This document shows positions 12,166-24,157 of a stretch of DNA of 64,000 nucleotides, piece by piece. Both the position numbers and the translations under genes were made by a program. The notes below the pieces were generated by a model. That model made no database searches, was not told the origin of the DNA, and saw only the letters and a list, made by a program, of their open reading frames with translations. How positions within the stretch are numbered: the first letter of the stretch is position 1; each line of letters opens with the position of its first letter. The stretch spans positions 248,001 to 312,000 of the forward strand of contig JAQGDQ010000133.1 in NCBI GenBank assembly GCA_030141605.1, read 5' to 3'. The DNA comes from Tubiluchus corallicola. Lineage: Eukaryota > Animalia > Priapulida.

Positions 12166-14074
12166 GCATTCGTCTACGGTTCAGTTCTAAATTTTCATTA
12201 GAGAGGGGCAACTGTGTAGATTGTAAACCAAAAGCACTAGTTAAAATTAAAATAAATAATTCTTTTCTGTAACGCCGGGAGAGAAATGACAGCTTTATAG
12301 CCATTAGAGAAATATTAGAATAGCCGCTGTGAATCGCCTTTCAACCCAGCGAGCTTGAATTCAGAATGCAAAGTAATTTCAGGATACTATATAGGCAGTG
12401 ATAAATGATCTGATGCACATTGCTGTGGAACTGACTACATTACAACTCGTTGGTAAAGTATGGTATGTATCTATTATTTTCTACTTTGTAGTGTATCTAT
12501 AATATTATTATACTTTGTAGCTTGAAACCAGACTAATTTGTAATTGTTTGCTACAACATCTAATGTCTATCGTTTATAATAGCTTTAAATGTCTTTAAAT
12601 GTTAAATGTTTTAACTATTTGAAAGTTTATGAAAGGATTTTGTAAATTTGCTGCAGTATTTGTTTGTTTATATTTATAAACGATTTTAGTATGCTCTAGA
12701 ACTTGTTCAAGTGATTATGAGAGCCTTTTCACAAGTAGCCACTGCAGCAGTGATAAACAAACTTGAACGAGTCTGCAGCTAATACTAATAGCTAATAATA
12801 GAGTTGCTATGAAATAGAAATTGGTGTTTGTAAAGATAATGATTACCCTCATACAAGGTTATTATTAGAGTTACAAAAATAAAAACCATTTAATATAGAC
12901 TATAATGTAGTTTAGTGAAGACAACATTGCAGATATAAGAAGTACGTTGCAATATATGAAAAACAACTCGTACATTACATAAATCTCAATTTCAGGTATA
13001 AAATTCAAATTCAGTTCAGCTCAGTTTTATTTTTCAACTGTGAAGTTGAAGTTGCATGATTTAAACAAACTATCATAGAAAATGTACTAAAATATAATAT
13101 TAAACATTTCAGTTGCTTTCCTATGTTTGAAACTGAAAAAGACAGTTTTCGTTTATTGCTTTATGACCTCTAAGTCACTTTTGACCTGGTGCCAGCAGGT
13201 ACCTTTCAACTTTTCTCCTCACTTGTAGATTTTAATGTCGCAGGTATTGTGACGTATTTTTACGTCTGCGGTTCTTTGGGTTTGCCCCTTGAAACAAACG
13301 TCTTTACGTCTGCTGTACTTTGGATTGCCCATTGCCCATTGGAGATAACGTATTCTCCTTCAAAAGCAAGTATAAAATGCACAAGTGATGAGTTAATTTG
13401 AGCCCAGAGATTGTCAGACAATGATTGTTACCTTCTATGACTTTCTAGTTGTTCTAATAACCTCTGACATTGATTTAGCTGGGCGTTGTTCTACTTTTGT
13501 ATGCTATATTTCAAACTATGTTATAGGCCTTTCAAAGAGAAAATACAGTGTGCGTCATAGACAATGTGTCACATTTTACCCCTGGATACGTCAAAACTAC
13601 TCCGTTTCCTTAGTAACAAGGTCCTGCCAAGTTTTAGATTCTGTTTTCACCAGTTTTTATCGTTTGCTGACAAGACTCATGAAGAAGTCGTCAAGTGCAA
13701 AACTTTTCAACAAAAGTGATCGTTGACCTTGAACTACACCTAGAAAGTCATTATCAGCTTATGCCATATTCTATCTCGTATCTGTCTGTTACTATGTTGA
13801 TTAGCGTTAGTCACTTACCACTCCACGTTAATTCTGGCCTGAATTGTGAGTGAGTGGGTAGTTTCGCCTGCTTTATTCTTGGCCATTTCGCTTGTTTTGA
13901 GACGATTTGTTAACGCATCCAAAGCTAGCTAAGACACCTCTGCCGGGTTCAGTATCTTTACAAAATTATCATTAATAATGAACTAGATTCCTGTCATTTA
14001 AAGCATTTACATTAAGTAGGCCCTGTCACTGAGTGCTAGAGCTTGGCTTATAGAGAATGCTGAAATGTTCTCTT

Positions 14075-14086
14075 CTCGCTCCCTTT

Positions 14087-14147
<61 letters not shown>

Positions 14148-14195
14148 CTCTCTTTCTCTGCCTCCTCGTCTCTCTCTCTTTTCTTCTTTCTCTTT
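14075..14195. repeat. (CT)n microsatellite
   Basis: Direct reading. Confidence 0.9.
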
Positions 14196-15473
14196 CAGCT
14201 GTTCTTTAGTTATCTACAGCGGTTTGACTAATGACTGTCAAAAATCAGAATAAGTAGAAAATCAGAAAGTATTTAAGGAAGTCAACTTTGTTTTTTAAGT
14301 TTGTTTTGAAACTTCGTTGCTGCAATTTCAAGTTTTTGGGACGAAATTGCTTGCTCAAAGCAATTTGCATTGTATCTTTTACTGCATGTAATTACTTCAA
14401 ATTCAATTGATTTTCATGGGATTTGAAATAAAGTTTAATGAATAATGGCTATAATAAATGAAAACACCACTTATTAGAGGTTTTGTGAGCTATACAGATT
14501 TGTAAACATCTTGGGTTGCATTTGCTCAATAAATTATGCTCCTTCGCAAGATTTTTTACAGGTTCTTTTAGGGCAGGGGCCAGACCCTAGTTCATTATCA
14601 AGATAATCCTCTGAGGTTTACACGTTGAACTGCTAAAGTCACAGTTATATTCTGATGCGTGTGACATCTTCTCTCCCAACAAATCAGTTGCCAAGCTTTG
14701 CATTGCTTAACTTTGGTACCCACCGCGATTGCTCACTATTGCGTATGTGAATGACTCAACATGATTCGGTACCTAATCGTTCCGATGTTACAAATCTACT
14801 TTTTTGCTTTAACGAGTTTTGCATTTTTTTTATTATATAATGCTTATTAATCAGTACTGCAGTTAAAACAAACTACCTTTTATTGCGCATTATCGAATTT
14901 ATTACATTTTCCGTGAATTTTATTTTGTATGATTACATAGAATTACTATGTAACAAGTAGACTTGTGACTTTTCATAAGCGCATCGTGGCTTTCTGTAAG
15001 CGCACACTGCTTAAACTAGCTCAGACTCCTGCAGCAGAAATATAAAATATATAAATATTCATGCAAAAATATAACAAAATTAGCTACCTCATTTTTTTTG
15101 TAAAAATTTTTGACCGAGATTCTTTTCAGGTGATGAATGACATCATTGGTGGAAAAATGGGCGTTCAAACTGCGAGCGCCCAAGCGTGAAATTATTGCAA
15201 CTTTAAGGTGTTTTTACTATTTGCACGAGGCACTATTTAGTTATTAAACTTGTATTACTAAATCCTAACATTTTTATTGAACTATGAAATATGCCTAACT
15301 TCTCAGGAAGGCTTGGCCTTTCCTTTAAGAGTATGTTGCGCAATGACTAAGCACGTGTATCGGAGTTGTATTAATGCAATTAACCGTTGGTAAAAACACA
15401 TTGTTCGCGTGGGTCTTTGTGACAATATAAGCGCATCGTTGTCAATGTCAGTTGAGTCACTATAAATTATTAT

Positions 15474-15502
15474 TCCCTCCCCTCTCTAACTCTCTCTCTC
15501 CC

Positions 15503-15556
<54 letters not shown>

Positions 15557-15635
15557 TCTCTCCCCCTCTCTCTCCCCCTCTCTCTCCTATCTTTCTGTCT
15601 CACTCCTTCCCTCCTCTCTCTCATTCTCTCCCTTT
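15474..15635. repeat. (CT)n-rich microsatellite
   Basis: Direct reading. Confidence 0.9.
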
Positions 15636-15994
15636 CTGTTTTTTGGTATGATTTTAGAATGTGCATTAATTGTGCAAGAAGTCCTGTCTCCACATTTTTT
15701 ACCAAAACCCTGTTTCTCACGATCTCAAAAATAATGAAAACTGACTGATAAAACTGAGTAATTATCAGTTATCATTTCCACGTTGACAGATAGGACTAGT
15801 GCATTAATTTTAGAGCAGCTGCTGTCAAAACATCTAGGACAAATTTTGGCACATCTTTGCTTAAAGCACAAGAAAACCTTCCACTTACATAAAGATTAAA
15901 AATTCGTCTCGAAATTTTATACCACTTACATACCACCTTTCGTATGCATGGCTTGCATAGGCCGTAACGCAGTATAAAACGTGTAAATTTAAAC

Positions 15995-16475
15995 CAGGGG
16001 TGTGCAAATTGCGGCCCGCCGAGAGAATTTGTGCGGTCCGCGAAGAGATTTGTCAACCTCATGAAAGTGCGGCCCGGGCGATTAATTGAGTGTATCCAGC
16101 TGAAGTCCGTGCCACGATCTCAAAGATAGTGCGGGTAGTTTTTTCTACTAGATCGGATGCCATTAACCCTTACAAGACGGTTGTAGCTTAATGCCACTGT
16201 ACTACACAGACTGTGTGATATACATTACTAATATGCATTGTAATGAAATTGCCACTATGTGTCCTGAAAGTAGAAATATATGGTTCGTAATATAAATTTT
16301 AATAACTTCTAAAATAGTTTCTTGAGTGTAGTAGTAATGATGTACGCAGGTCGGATGCAAAAAATCGTTATTAGGCCTTTCTGTACTTGGCTCCTTGATC
16401 AAACTGCCTGTGGCCCGCAGGAATTGCGGGAAAGTTTAATGTGGCCTGGCTAGTCAGATAATTTGCACACCCCTG
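15995..16475. mobile_element. hAT-superfamily (Charlie-like) MITE, 481 bp
   Basis: TIRs CAGGGGTGTGCAAATT / AATTTGCACACCCCTG, perfect 8-bp TSD ATTTAAAC (15987-15994 and 16476-16483), and subterminal GCGGCCCG motifs. Confidence 0.92.
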
Positions 16476-16662
16476 ATTTAAACTACCGCGATGACTGTTA
16501 GGCGCAGCCATTTTAACAAAATCGTTTGAAATAAGTTTTGATAACATTAAGTAAAGTTTCAAAAAATAATCAGAGCATTCGTGACATACATGTTACTAAT
16601 TAAGTAAAATTTTAAATTACTGTATCTTGTCACTGATATGAAAACTACGCTTTTGGCTAGTG

Positions 16663-16845
16663 AGTGGCGCACCTTGGAGGGTGCGTCAGGACATTTTACC
16701 AATTAGCACAAACATTTTAAATTATTAGTCTAGTTACGTAAGTCTTTCCAGCAGGTAAATGAAATGCTAAGTAATATAGATTTGCACGAAAAGTTTTTTG
16801 GGTCATAACTTAACGTTGCCTTTTCTTTCCCCGATTTGCATGGCG
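16663..16845 (+). repeat. Interspersed repeat copy 1 (copy 2 at ~19996-20190)
   Basis: Shared blocks gcacaaacattttaaattatta, taagtcttt..caggtaa and aatgctaagtaat in the same order in both copies. Confidence 0.75.
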
Positions 16846-18279
16846 TAGTGACGTCATGTAATGGCGCCGTCGGAACAGTATTGCTGGAGATTTAAAATGA
16901 AAACAAACGAAAATTCCTTTCAGCGCGAATACGATATGTGCATAAAATTGTTGTAAAGTAGTGTAATTTTTTGAGGCGATTTTTCTGAAACCTACTTCAG
17001 GTGCTCCTTGCCCTTTAAGTGATTAATGATTGTAGATCGATTAAAATTTTGAATTGCTGTAGTTTCTTTTAAAATGATGTTAATTTTAATTTTTCACGGT
17101 TTTACTTGCTGTTATACAATTATACAATTTGTGCTATTTGTTTTATTGACTTCTAAAATTAACCCTTGCTTGTAGTATACTGTCAGAAGACCGGAAATTA
17201 AAAAACTTGTTGTAAATCATGATGAATTTTCAGTTATTGATAAAGATCAATCAGTCCATTCCCTTCTTCGTCAAATGGTGTCAGTCTTGTAAAACTACAC
17301 TTTGTGGGATGTGAACTGCTGTTGATAAGATTTCTAATCGACCATTTAGCGATCGGTATCGACTGTTTGAAACGAAGTGTGCCGGTGTACCATCTGAAAT
17401 AAAAACACATTCATTATACCCTCCCCGTAATTCAAACCCAGTTTTAAGTTACCGAGGCGTATCTATGTTAAGTTCAAAGCGTCTTCTGGGATATCTTAAA
17501 GCTAGTTTAGAAATACCCTTTCTAGTTTCAAATTACCCGCTCCATAAATGAAGCTTTACACCGTTGAACTTATTTTTTCGTTCTACGTTATAGTAGTTTT
17601 CTAAATAGCAAACTCACTGCAATTAAAAAGTGCGATTTTTTCAGATATTAAAGAATAATTTTGCGCGAGAGTAGCTTTGTCACACTTTTGTTATTCTTAA
17701 TTTAACAGATAAAATTTGAGTGGCAACTATAATTAGTAATTGAAAGCATACCACATGCAGATATTTCAAATTAGTACATCAAATTAACATCACATTTAGT
17801 GAATACCCCGAAGCAATCTTTTGTCTTTTATATCTTGTTGTACAGCATTATTTATTAATTTAATGTTATTTATAATTTGAATACTTCATACCTGACATTT
17901 CCTATACCAATACATTAGTTTTGAGCAATGTAATCGATCTTTTGTCGAATTGCTTGATTTTATACTCATGATTAGGAGTATAATCATTATTTGATTTGCC
18001 GCTATGACAAATAAAAATCGTTAGAAAAATTTGTCGGTAAATTATTAGAATCTGTCAGTCTGATCAATTAAATAACTCAGAAGTTGACTGAACACATAAA
18101 AGAATGCCTCATAACCCCGTGTTCTAATATTGCAAAGATGGGCTGGCATTTTTCCTGTTTTTACGTCTGTGTACTTTTAGCACGTCACGGCACTTGTGGC
18201 GCACGCTTTCTTATAATTCTGAGTACACGCACGATATATGCAGGTGAAAATGAGAAGGTAAGTTAATCTTAGGGCGGCT

Positions 18280-18402
18280 TCGGGGTTCAAATATCCGTGG
18301 ACCAAATTTTTAGGGTCCAAATATTCAGGTCCCAAATGTCGAGCGCCCAAATACTCAGTTCCAAATTGTTTGTGGCCCATATACCGGGGCCCAATTGTCT
18401 GC
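18280..18402. repeat. 15-bp degenerate minisatellite (ggggcccaaatrtcc-like)
   Basis: About 8 units with a recurring (c)caaat core. Confidence 0.75.
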
Positions 18403-18889
18403 CTGTTTAGTACCTAAACAGCTGGGATCTAGACACTAAACACATCTAGACATCTAAAGTGTCGTAGAATCATTAAGACAGCAAATTGTAGTGAAGCAAA
18501 TGTACCTTTTTAAAGCAATTGCGAAAGCCCTGGATTATTTTAACGTGACTTTGCTATGTGTTGAGAGTGTTTCTTTGAAGATTTGGTACTTTTGTTTTTC
18601 CCGATGACGGCTTTGTTTCTTTTCCTGATGATGAAGAGTAAATCATATTACAAGTAATAAAAATGAATATGATTGTTATTAAATGTGTAGACTATAGACC
18701 TGCACCACACACCATTATAATGAAGTGCAATGTGGAATACAATGTGTCTGTCGTAAGTTCAAATTTTAAATGATTTCCGTTTGGGCAATTGTAATTTCTC
18801 ATTTTAATAAATGGTTTGAGAAAATTAAATATGAATTCATTTTACTAGGCGACGCCAGCTGCTACATGTTACTAGAAAGTTTCGCATAT

Positions 18890-19530
18890 TTGTAGCGCAG
18901 CAGTATGATGTAGTGAAGCGTATTTGTAGTATAGCGTAGTCAGTGTAGTACAGTTTGGTGAGTGGTGTGGTGCAGTATGCTTAATGTAGTGTGATGGGGT
19001 ATGGTATGCTGTGGCGTACAGAGGGTTATTGTAGTGCAGTGTATTGTAGTAGTGTAGTGTAGTGTGGTTTAGTGTAGTAGTGTATTGTTGTGGAATGTCG
19101 TGCATGTAGTAGATATCGTAGTATGGTGGAGTACTATATGGTGTAGTGCATTGTGATGTATTGCAATATAGCGCAGTGTTGTGTAGTGTAGTGTCATACA
19201 GTGCAATCCATTGTCGTGCTATGTACATGGTGTCAAATGATAAAGTATAGCAAAAGAAAGTGGATTATATTTTGTGGTGCATAAGGATAATGTGCACTGG
19301 TATAGTGTTGAGGAATATCGTGCGTGCAGTATATATATATTACTATTATTAAGTGCCATGTGGTACAGTGTGCATTGTGGTGTATTGCTATGTAGTATCG
19401 CAATGTACATGTATAGTGTAATACAGTGTAGGGTAATGTTGTAGAGTGGAGATTAGTTTGATGCGTATGATGTAGTATATGATGGCGTTGCGTAGATGTT
19501 TTGATGCGTAGTGTAGTGAGTGCAGTTGTT
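18890..19530. repeat. Degenerate (GTAGT/GTGTA)n pentanucleotide satellite
   Basis: Direct reading; it accounts for the T/H/Y-rich minus-strand ORFs. Confidence 0.85.
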
Positions 19531-19704
19531 TATGAGTGACCAATGCCTTCTTGCAAGTATATATACCCGGCACCGCTACATTTAGGTAACTTTTGATTAC
19601 TATTTAATGCATTCATTATTTAGCGTCGACTTACTATTCTCTAGTCATTGTTTACATGTGACTTGATTATTGTTTATTTATTACTTACAGGATGTACGCA
19701 AAAG

Positions 19705-19748
19705 ATGAGTGGTTCTAACATTGATGGTAATAAAATTCAACTCTCTCC
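19705..19748 (+). CDS. LRIF1-like gene, upstream coding exon (MSGSNIDGNKIQLSP; exon begins 19691)
   Basis: ttacttacAG acceptor at 19690 and CC|gtaagt donor. Phase 2 matches the 22042 acceptor (CC+G = Pro). Confidence 0.65.
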
Positions 19749-19995
19749 GTAAGTGTCAATGCCGTTTTTTTCTGTTCTTTAATAGCTTTAAGTACAAGAA
19801 AACACTTCACAGATAAAGCTTAAAAATTCGTGTTTTGAAATGGTGCATCACACATTATGACATAAAGAGTTTGCGTTAGCAGTAACTCAGTATTACAAAT
19901 AATCTGAGCATTCTTAATACACCCTTCGCTAACTAAGCAAAAGTACAAAGTGCTTTATGTTGTCAATAAGATCAATAATGTGTTTTTCGGTAAAC

Positions 19996-20190
19996 CAGTG
20001 GTGCACACGGAGATGGTGCTACATTGGTTTTTTTCCTGTTGGCACAAACATTTTAAATTATTAATAATTTTATTTTCCAATTACATAAGTCTTTCAAACA
20101 GGTAAGCGTAATGCTAAGTAATTTAACTTTGTATGGAATTTTTTTTAGGATATACTTTTAAAATTCCCTTTGTTCCTCTTGTTTGCAAGG
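19996..20190 (+). repeat. Interspersed repeat copy 2 (copy 1 at ~16663-16845)
   Basis: Same blocks as copy 1. Confidence 0.75.
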
Positions 20191-21144
20191 TTTGTATGAT
20201 AGTTTGCAGAACCATTACATTTACTCTTCAGAGTTTTTTGTGAGAGTTATTTATGGCTTGAGGAACGGAAGAGCTTACAACAGTCAACAGCCTTTTATAC
20301 TCAATCTTTTCATTTTTCTAAAACTTCTCTAGATAAATCTAGATAGGCCTTATCTAGTCTGCCTCGCCTAGTAAACGTTTTGTTAATAAGTTTTTGTAGC
20401 GGCCAACAGGTTGCAGCACATAGTCGTAGTTATTTTATGGTCATTTCAGTCGACTCGCTTTGTTTTGTGCGCGCTCTGCACAGTAGGTCAGAAAATTGTG
20501 TGGAGGGATTTGTGAAGACCAAACTGAAGCAATTAATATTATCGACAAATGCTTCTTGAGCCTGACTGCTTCCCTATTTCCCTTTCTTTTCGTGTTTTTC
20601 GCATTCCGTCTTTGGGTTTTGGGCAATGGGTTTGGATTTTGGGTTGTCTGACTTTTCACGCAATCAGAAAAGTATTAAACTATTTGTGTGCTGCCATCTT
20701 TTGGTATGCCTATAAAAATTCCTTCAGACCAAGAATTATAATTACAGCTACGTCTGCAAATTCTAAAATTTATCACAGTTTTCCAAATGTCACACTTGGG
20801 GATTCTGCAGGCATAAGAAAAATTTGATTTCCGAATCAATGATTCAGATTTGCAGACAAAAATAAAAAAGCACGTATAAAAGGAGTAGGTTCATGTGTGC
20901 GGGTACGCGCGCTAGCGTGTAATTTACGTAAATCATATTCTTTTTTTACTTTACAATGTTTTGCGACTTTGGGTTGGTTTTTCGTCTTCGTGACAGGTGC
21001 GGCACAAAATACTGTACCTGACCGGCCTCACCAGGTTTGAGGACAATAACTTGAGAATGGTCGTAGATGTCATTCCGAAAAACAGTGTGGTTTTTCATTT
21101 GTTTTTTATCCGTTTTGGGGAATAGCCAAATTGTCATGGGTGTG

Positions 21145-21205
21145 TGCTTAGTAACCAAAGTTAAATTTATGCCGAGGCTGCTCAGTGAATGGATGGGTGA
21201 CTGAT
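21145..21205 (+). mobile_element. 5S rRNA-derived SINE segment
   Basis: aaccaaagttaaa...ccgaggctgctcagtgaatggatgggtgact; shares the gtgaatggatg variant with the 8070 copy. Confidence 0.6.
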
Positions 21206-22041
21206 GGCTCCAATAATTGCCCTGGACTGTTTTGTTCACATTACTGATTTTGGCTGGTCACTTCATTCACGTCTGAACATCATGAATGAGACACCTTTGT
21301 TGGTTCAGTATCTTATCTTAGAAGATTAGCCTTGATAGTGAGCCGGATTCCTGTTTTACTACAAACGTCCCATTGAAGATGTGGAACGGTATATAATGTT
21401 TTGAGCAGTGCGCAAAACAAGGTAAAGCATGTTTGGCTTTGCCAGTTTCTAGTATGTCTCCTACTCTCTCTTACCTGCCTGGTTTCACAACATCAATGTC
21501 ACTCATTTACTGGCATTAGTCTGATAGTCCCAAAGACATACGGACAGTCAAAGTAACAGACAAGCACATGACGATCACGACCATTCAACTTAATCACTAT
21601 TTGTGTTAGGTAAAGTTAGGTAATGTAAGAGCAGAAGATAAAGTTGATGATATTCAAGTGAAAGTTATGTGGCACCTAATTGGAATTAAAGTAGTAGTAA
21701 CTAATATCAAGCAAAATGTTCTGATAAAATGGGCTACAAGAAAGTGACCCAATAGAAGTGATGCGATTTGATTGTGATCCACACTTCAATTTTCGTGTAA
21801 TTGTGTAGACTGATGTAAGCCATTCTACAGTACCTGTGAGGAAATAAGATTGGCTGGCTTACTGAATGATGAATTGACTGGCACGAAAACAAAACAAAAC
21901 AAAAATGAAGGCATTTTACAGTCCTTGGGATCTTGTTTGTGCTTTGGTTACAAACTGAATGCACATTCTTGGGTTTCATTTGTAATACAAGTATTTGGTT
22001 GTAAGCTGCTTATTGAATATTGTGATTTTGTTTAATTTCAG

Positions 22042-24157
22042 GATAAATCTCCAACTTTCTGGCAGTTTTGTGAAAGATGGAAAGCAGTATTTGATCTTGA
22101 ATGCTGAAAATGATGCGGATACTAATGTATATAAACACAATCAGCAGGATCAATCATTATCAAGGAAAACATCAATAACATCTAGCATGTCATCTACTTC
22201 CATTTTGCAAGTACCGTCTCAACAGATGATAACGTATTCTCAGGTGCCACTGCCACATGCTCCTTTGTCGCGCGAACAACCAAATGCAGTTAACAAAAGC
22301 CCATCCAAAGTTTTGGTGTACCCATCTTTACAGAAAAAAGCCAAGGATGTCTACTTTGCAAGCACAAGATCTAATAAACCAAACCAACCACATCTGCTTG
22401 GTAATCTTGTCCCGAGAAGTCACTTTTTCAAAGTAGCAAGTTCTTCCCCTATGACATCTGCATCGTGTGTTCAGCTAGCTAGTTTACAGCTTTCTACCCT
22501 TGCAGAAAAATCTAAAGGTGACATTCATAGTGAATACCAGTACACTGTTAAACCACGTGTTAACATTATACAATCTGCAGTGCCACATGTTACGCCAGCT
22601 AATACGGCACCTAAAGTGTCACCTAATACGAAAAGTGTAATGCAACCTGTTGTGCCTGTTAAATTAGTGCCTAGTGTTGTGACAACTAATGCAGATCGTT
22701 TAACAAAAACTGATGATAGCACTGATCATGACTATATTGTTAGACCAACCTCATTACCAATTTTGAATTTGCATGCTCTAAAACATGCTGTGAGTGCTGT
22801 AAATTCAAATCCTGCTGTAAGTTCAAGCATGCAAAAAGGAAAACAGGACCAAATCGGTAATATAGTTATCAAGAAGGTGGAGACGTTAAAGGTGAAAGAT
22901 GTTGCTACACAGTCCTGCCAAAAAGAACTTCCTTGTGTTCCGCATGTGAAGACAAAGACAGAAGCAACTTCCCTTGGTAAATTAGCAGGGTTGGGTGACT
23001 TCTCAAATATTACTATTAAGAAAGAAGTAAGTTCTCCTATTAAGGCAGAAAACTCAGAAGAGGCAATGTCTAGTGATAGCAGTATATCTTTTGCAAGGGC
23101 GAAAATTAATATAGAACCAGACTGTACAGAAACATTGATTCAGTATCCAATAAACCCGGCGCAAACAAATTGTAGCTTTTCGTTAAGCGATACGCCAGAT
23201 TTTTACACAACAGTAGAATCGAAACATAAAGCAGACACTATAAACGCTGGTGAGAATATGCACATCTCTAAATCACAAGAGGATGAATTTGTAAATGTGT
23301 GGGATACTGATGATGATTCTACTGATGATGTCCTTTTAGAATTGCTGCAAAGTTCTGCAAAAAATTCTGCAAGCACCAGAAAGATTTCACAGCTTCCTGT
23401 TATCCACAATAACATCTTAATTCGTCCATGCTACGTAAAGTTGGAAAGATGCGATGGTTTTATTGCTGCCGGAACATCTAATGTACGCTCCCGTTTGACT
23501 ACAGATGAGGTAACAACAACGAAGAGTGGTAGAACTATTTTGATAGTTAACTCAAGCGATGTAAAAGTCAAGGAACATCGAACAAGCAATGCAAAAACTC
23601 CGACCATGTATAAGTTTAAGTTTAGGGTTAGCAGTGGCAAACAGTACGAGCTGTCAGGACAGTTAGTGCGCATCAAAGGACGAGAGGGGCTCTTTTTACA
23701 TAGCATGTTCAGTGGTAAATCATTTTTGTTTCCTGCGAGTGCGAGCCAGCATTCTTGTGCAGTTGTGAGTTCTTCAACATCGACATCTAATCTACCAATT
23801 TCATCAGATAGTAATTCCTTACATATCAATGATGCGGTTAACAAACCATCTTCAGCATCTAGCAGTCATTGTTCAACAACTCCACTTTCTTATGTTGCGT
23901 CATCTATCAAAACTGGAACTTCATCATCAGCTCCACTACCTTCTGCCACTGCCATGTGCATGGAAGGTGAATTGGCACAAACAGAGTCTACTGAGAGTTT
24001 AAGCAGATCAGATAGCATACCTAGTAAACTTCAGAAATGCGAGGAAGCACTGGAATCATCTCAGGAACGAATACGGCGGCTCAAGGAGTTACTAAAGAAA
24101 CAAGAAGCAGAACTGGAAGAACTGAGGACTAAAAACCTGTTTTCAGATGATAGCTAA
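22042..24157 (+). CDS. Large terminal coding exon of a LRIF1-like (ligand-dependent nuclear receptor-interacting factor 1-like) nuclear protein, ~719 aa in total
   Basis: 720-codon ORF with a tttcAG acceptor at 22041. The S/T/P-rich disordered body carries SUMO-type sites (IKKE, IKAE) and an HP1-box-like PCYVKL. The C-terminal coiled coil ERIRRLKELLKKQEAELEELR resembles the recalled LRIF1 terminus KIRRLKQVLREKEAALEEMR. Confidence 0.75.

Noticed and set aside
18872-19573. His/Thr/Tyr-rich minus-strand ORFs
   Set aside because: Translation of a pentanucleotide satellite.
22525-23844. Minus-strand ORFs of 65-137 aa
   Set aside because: Antisense shadows of the large LRIF1-like exon.
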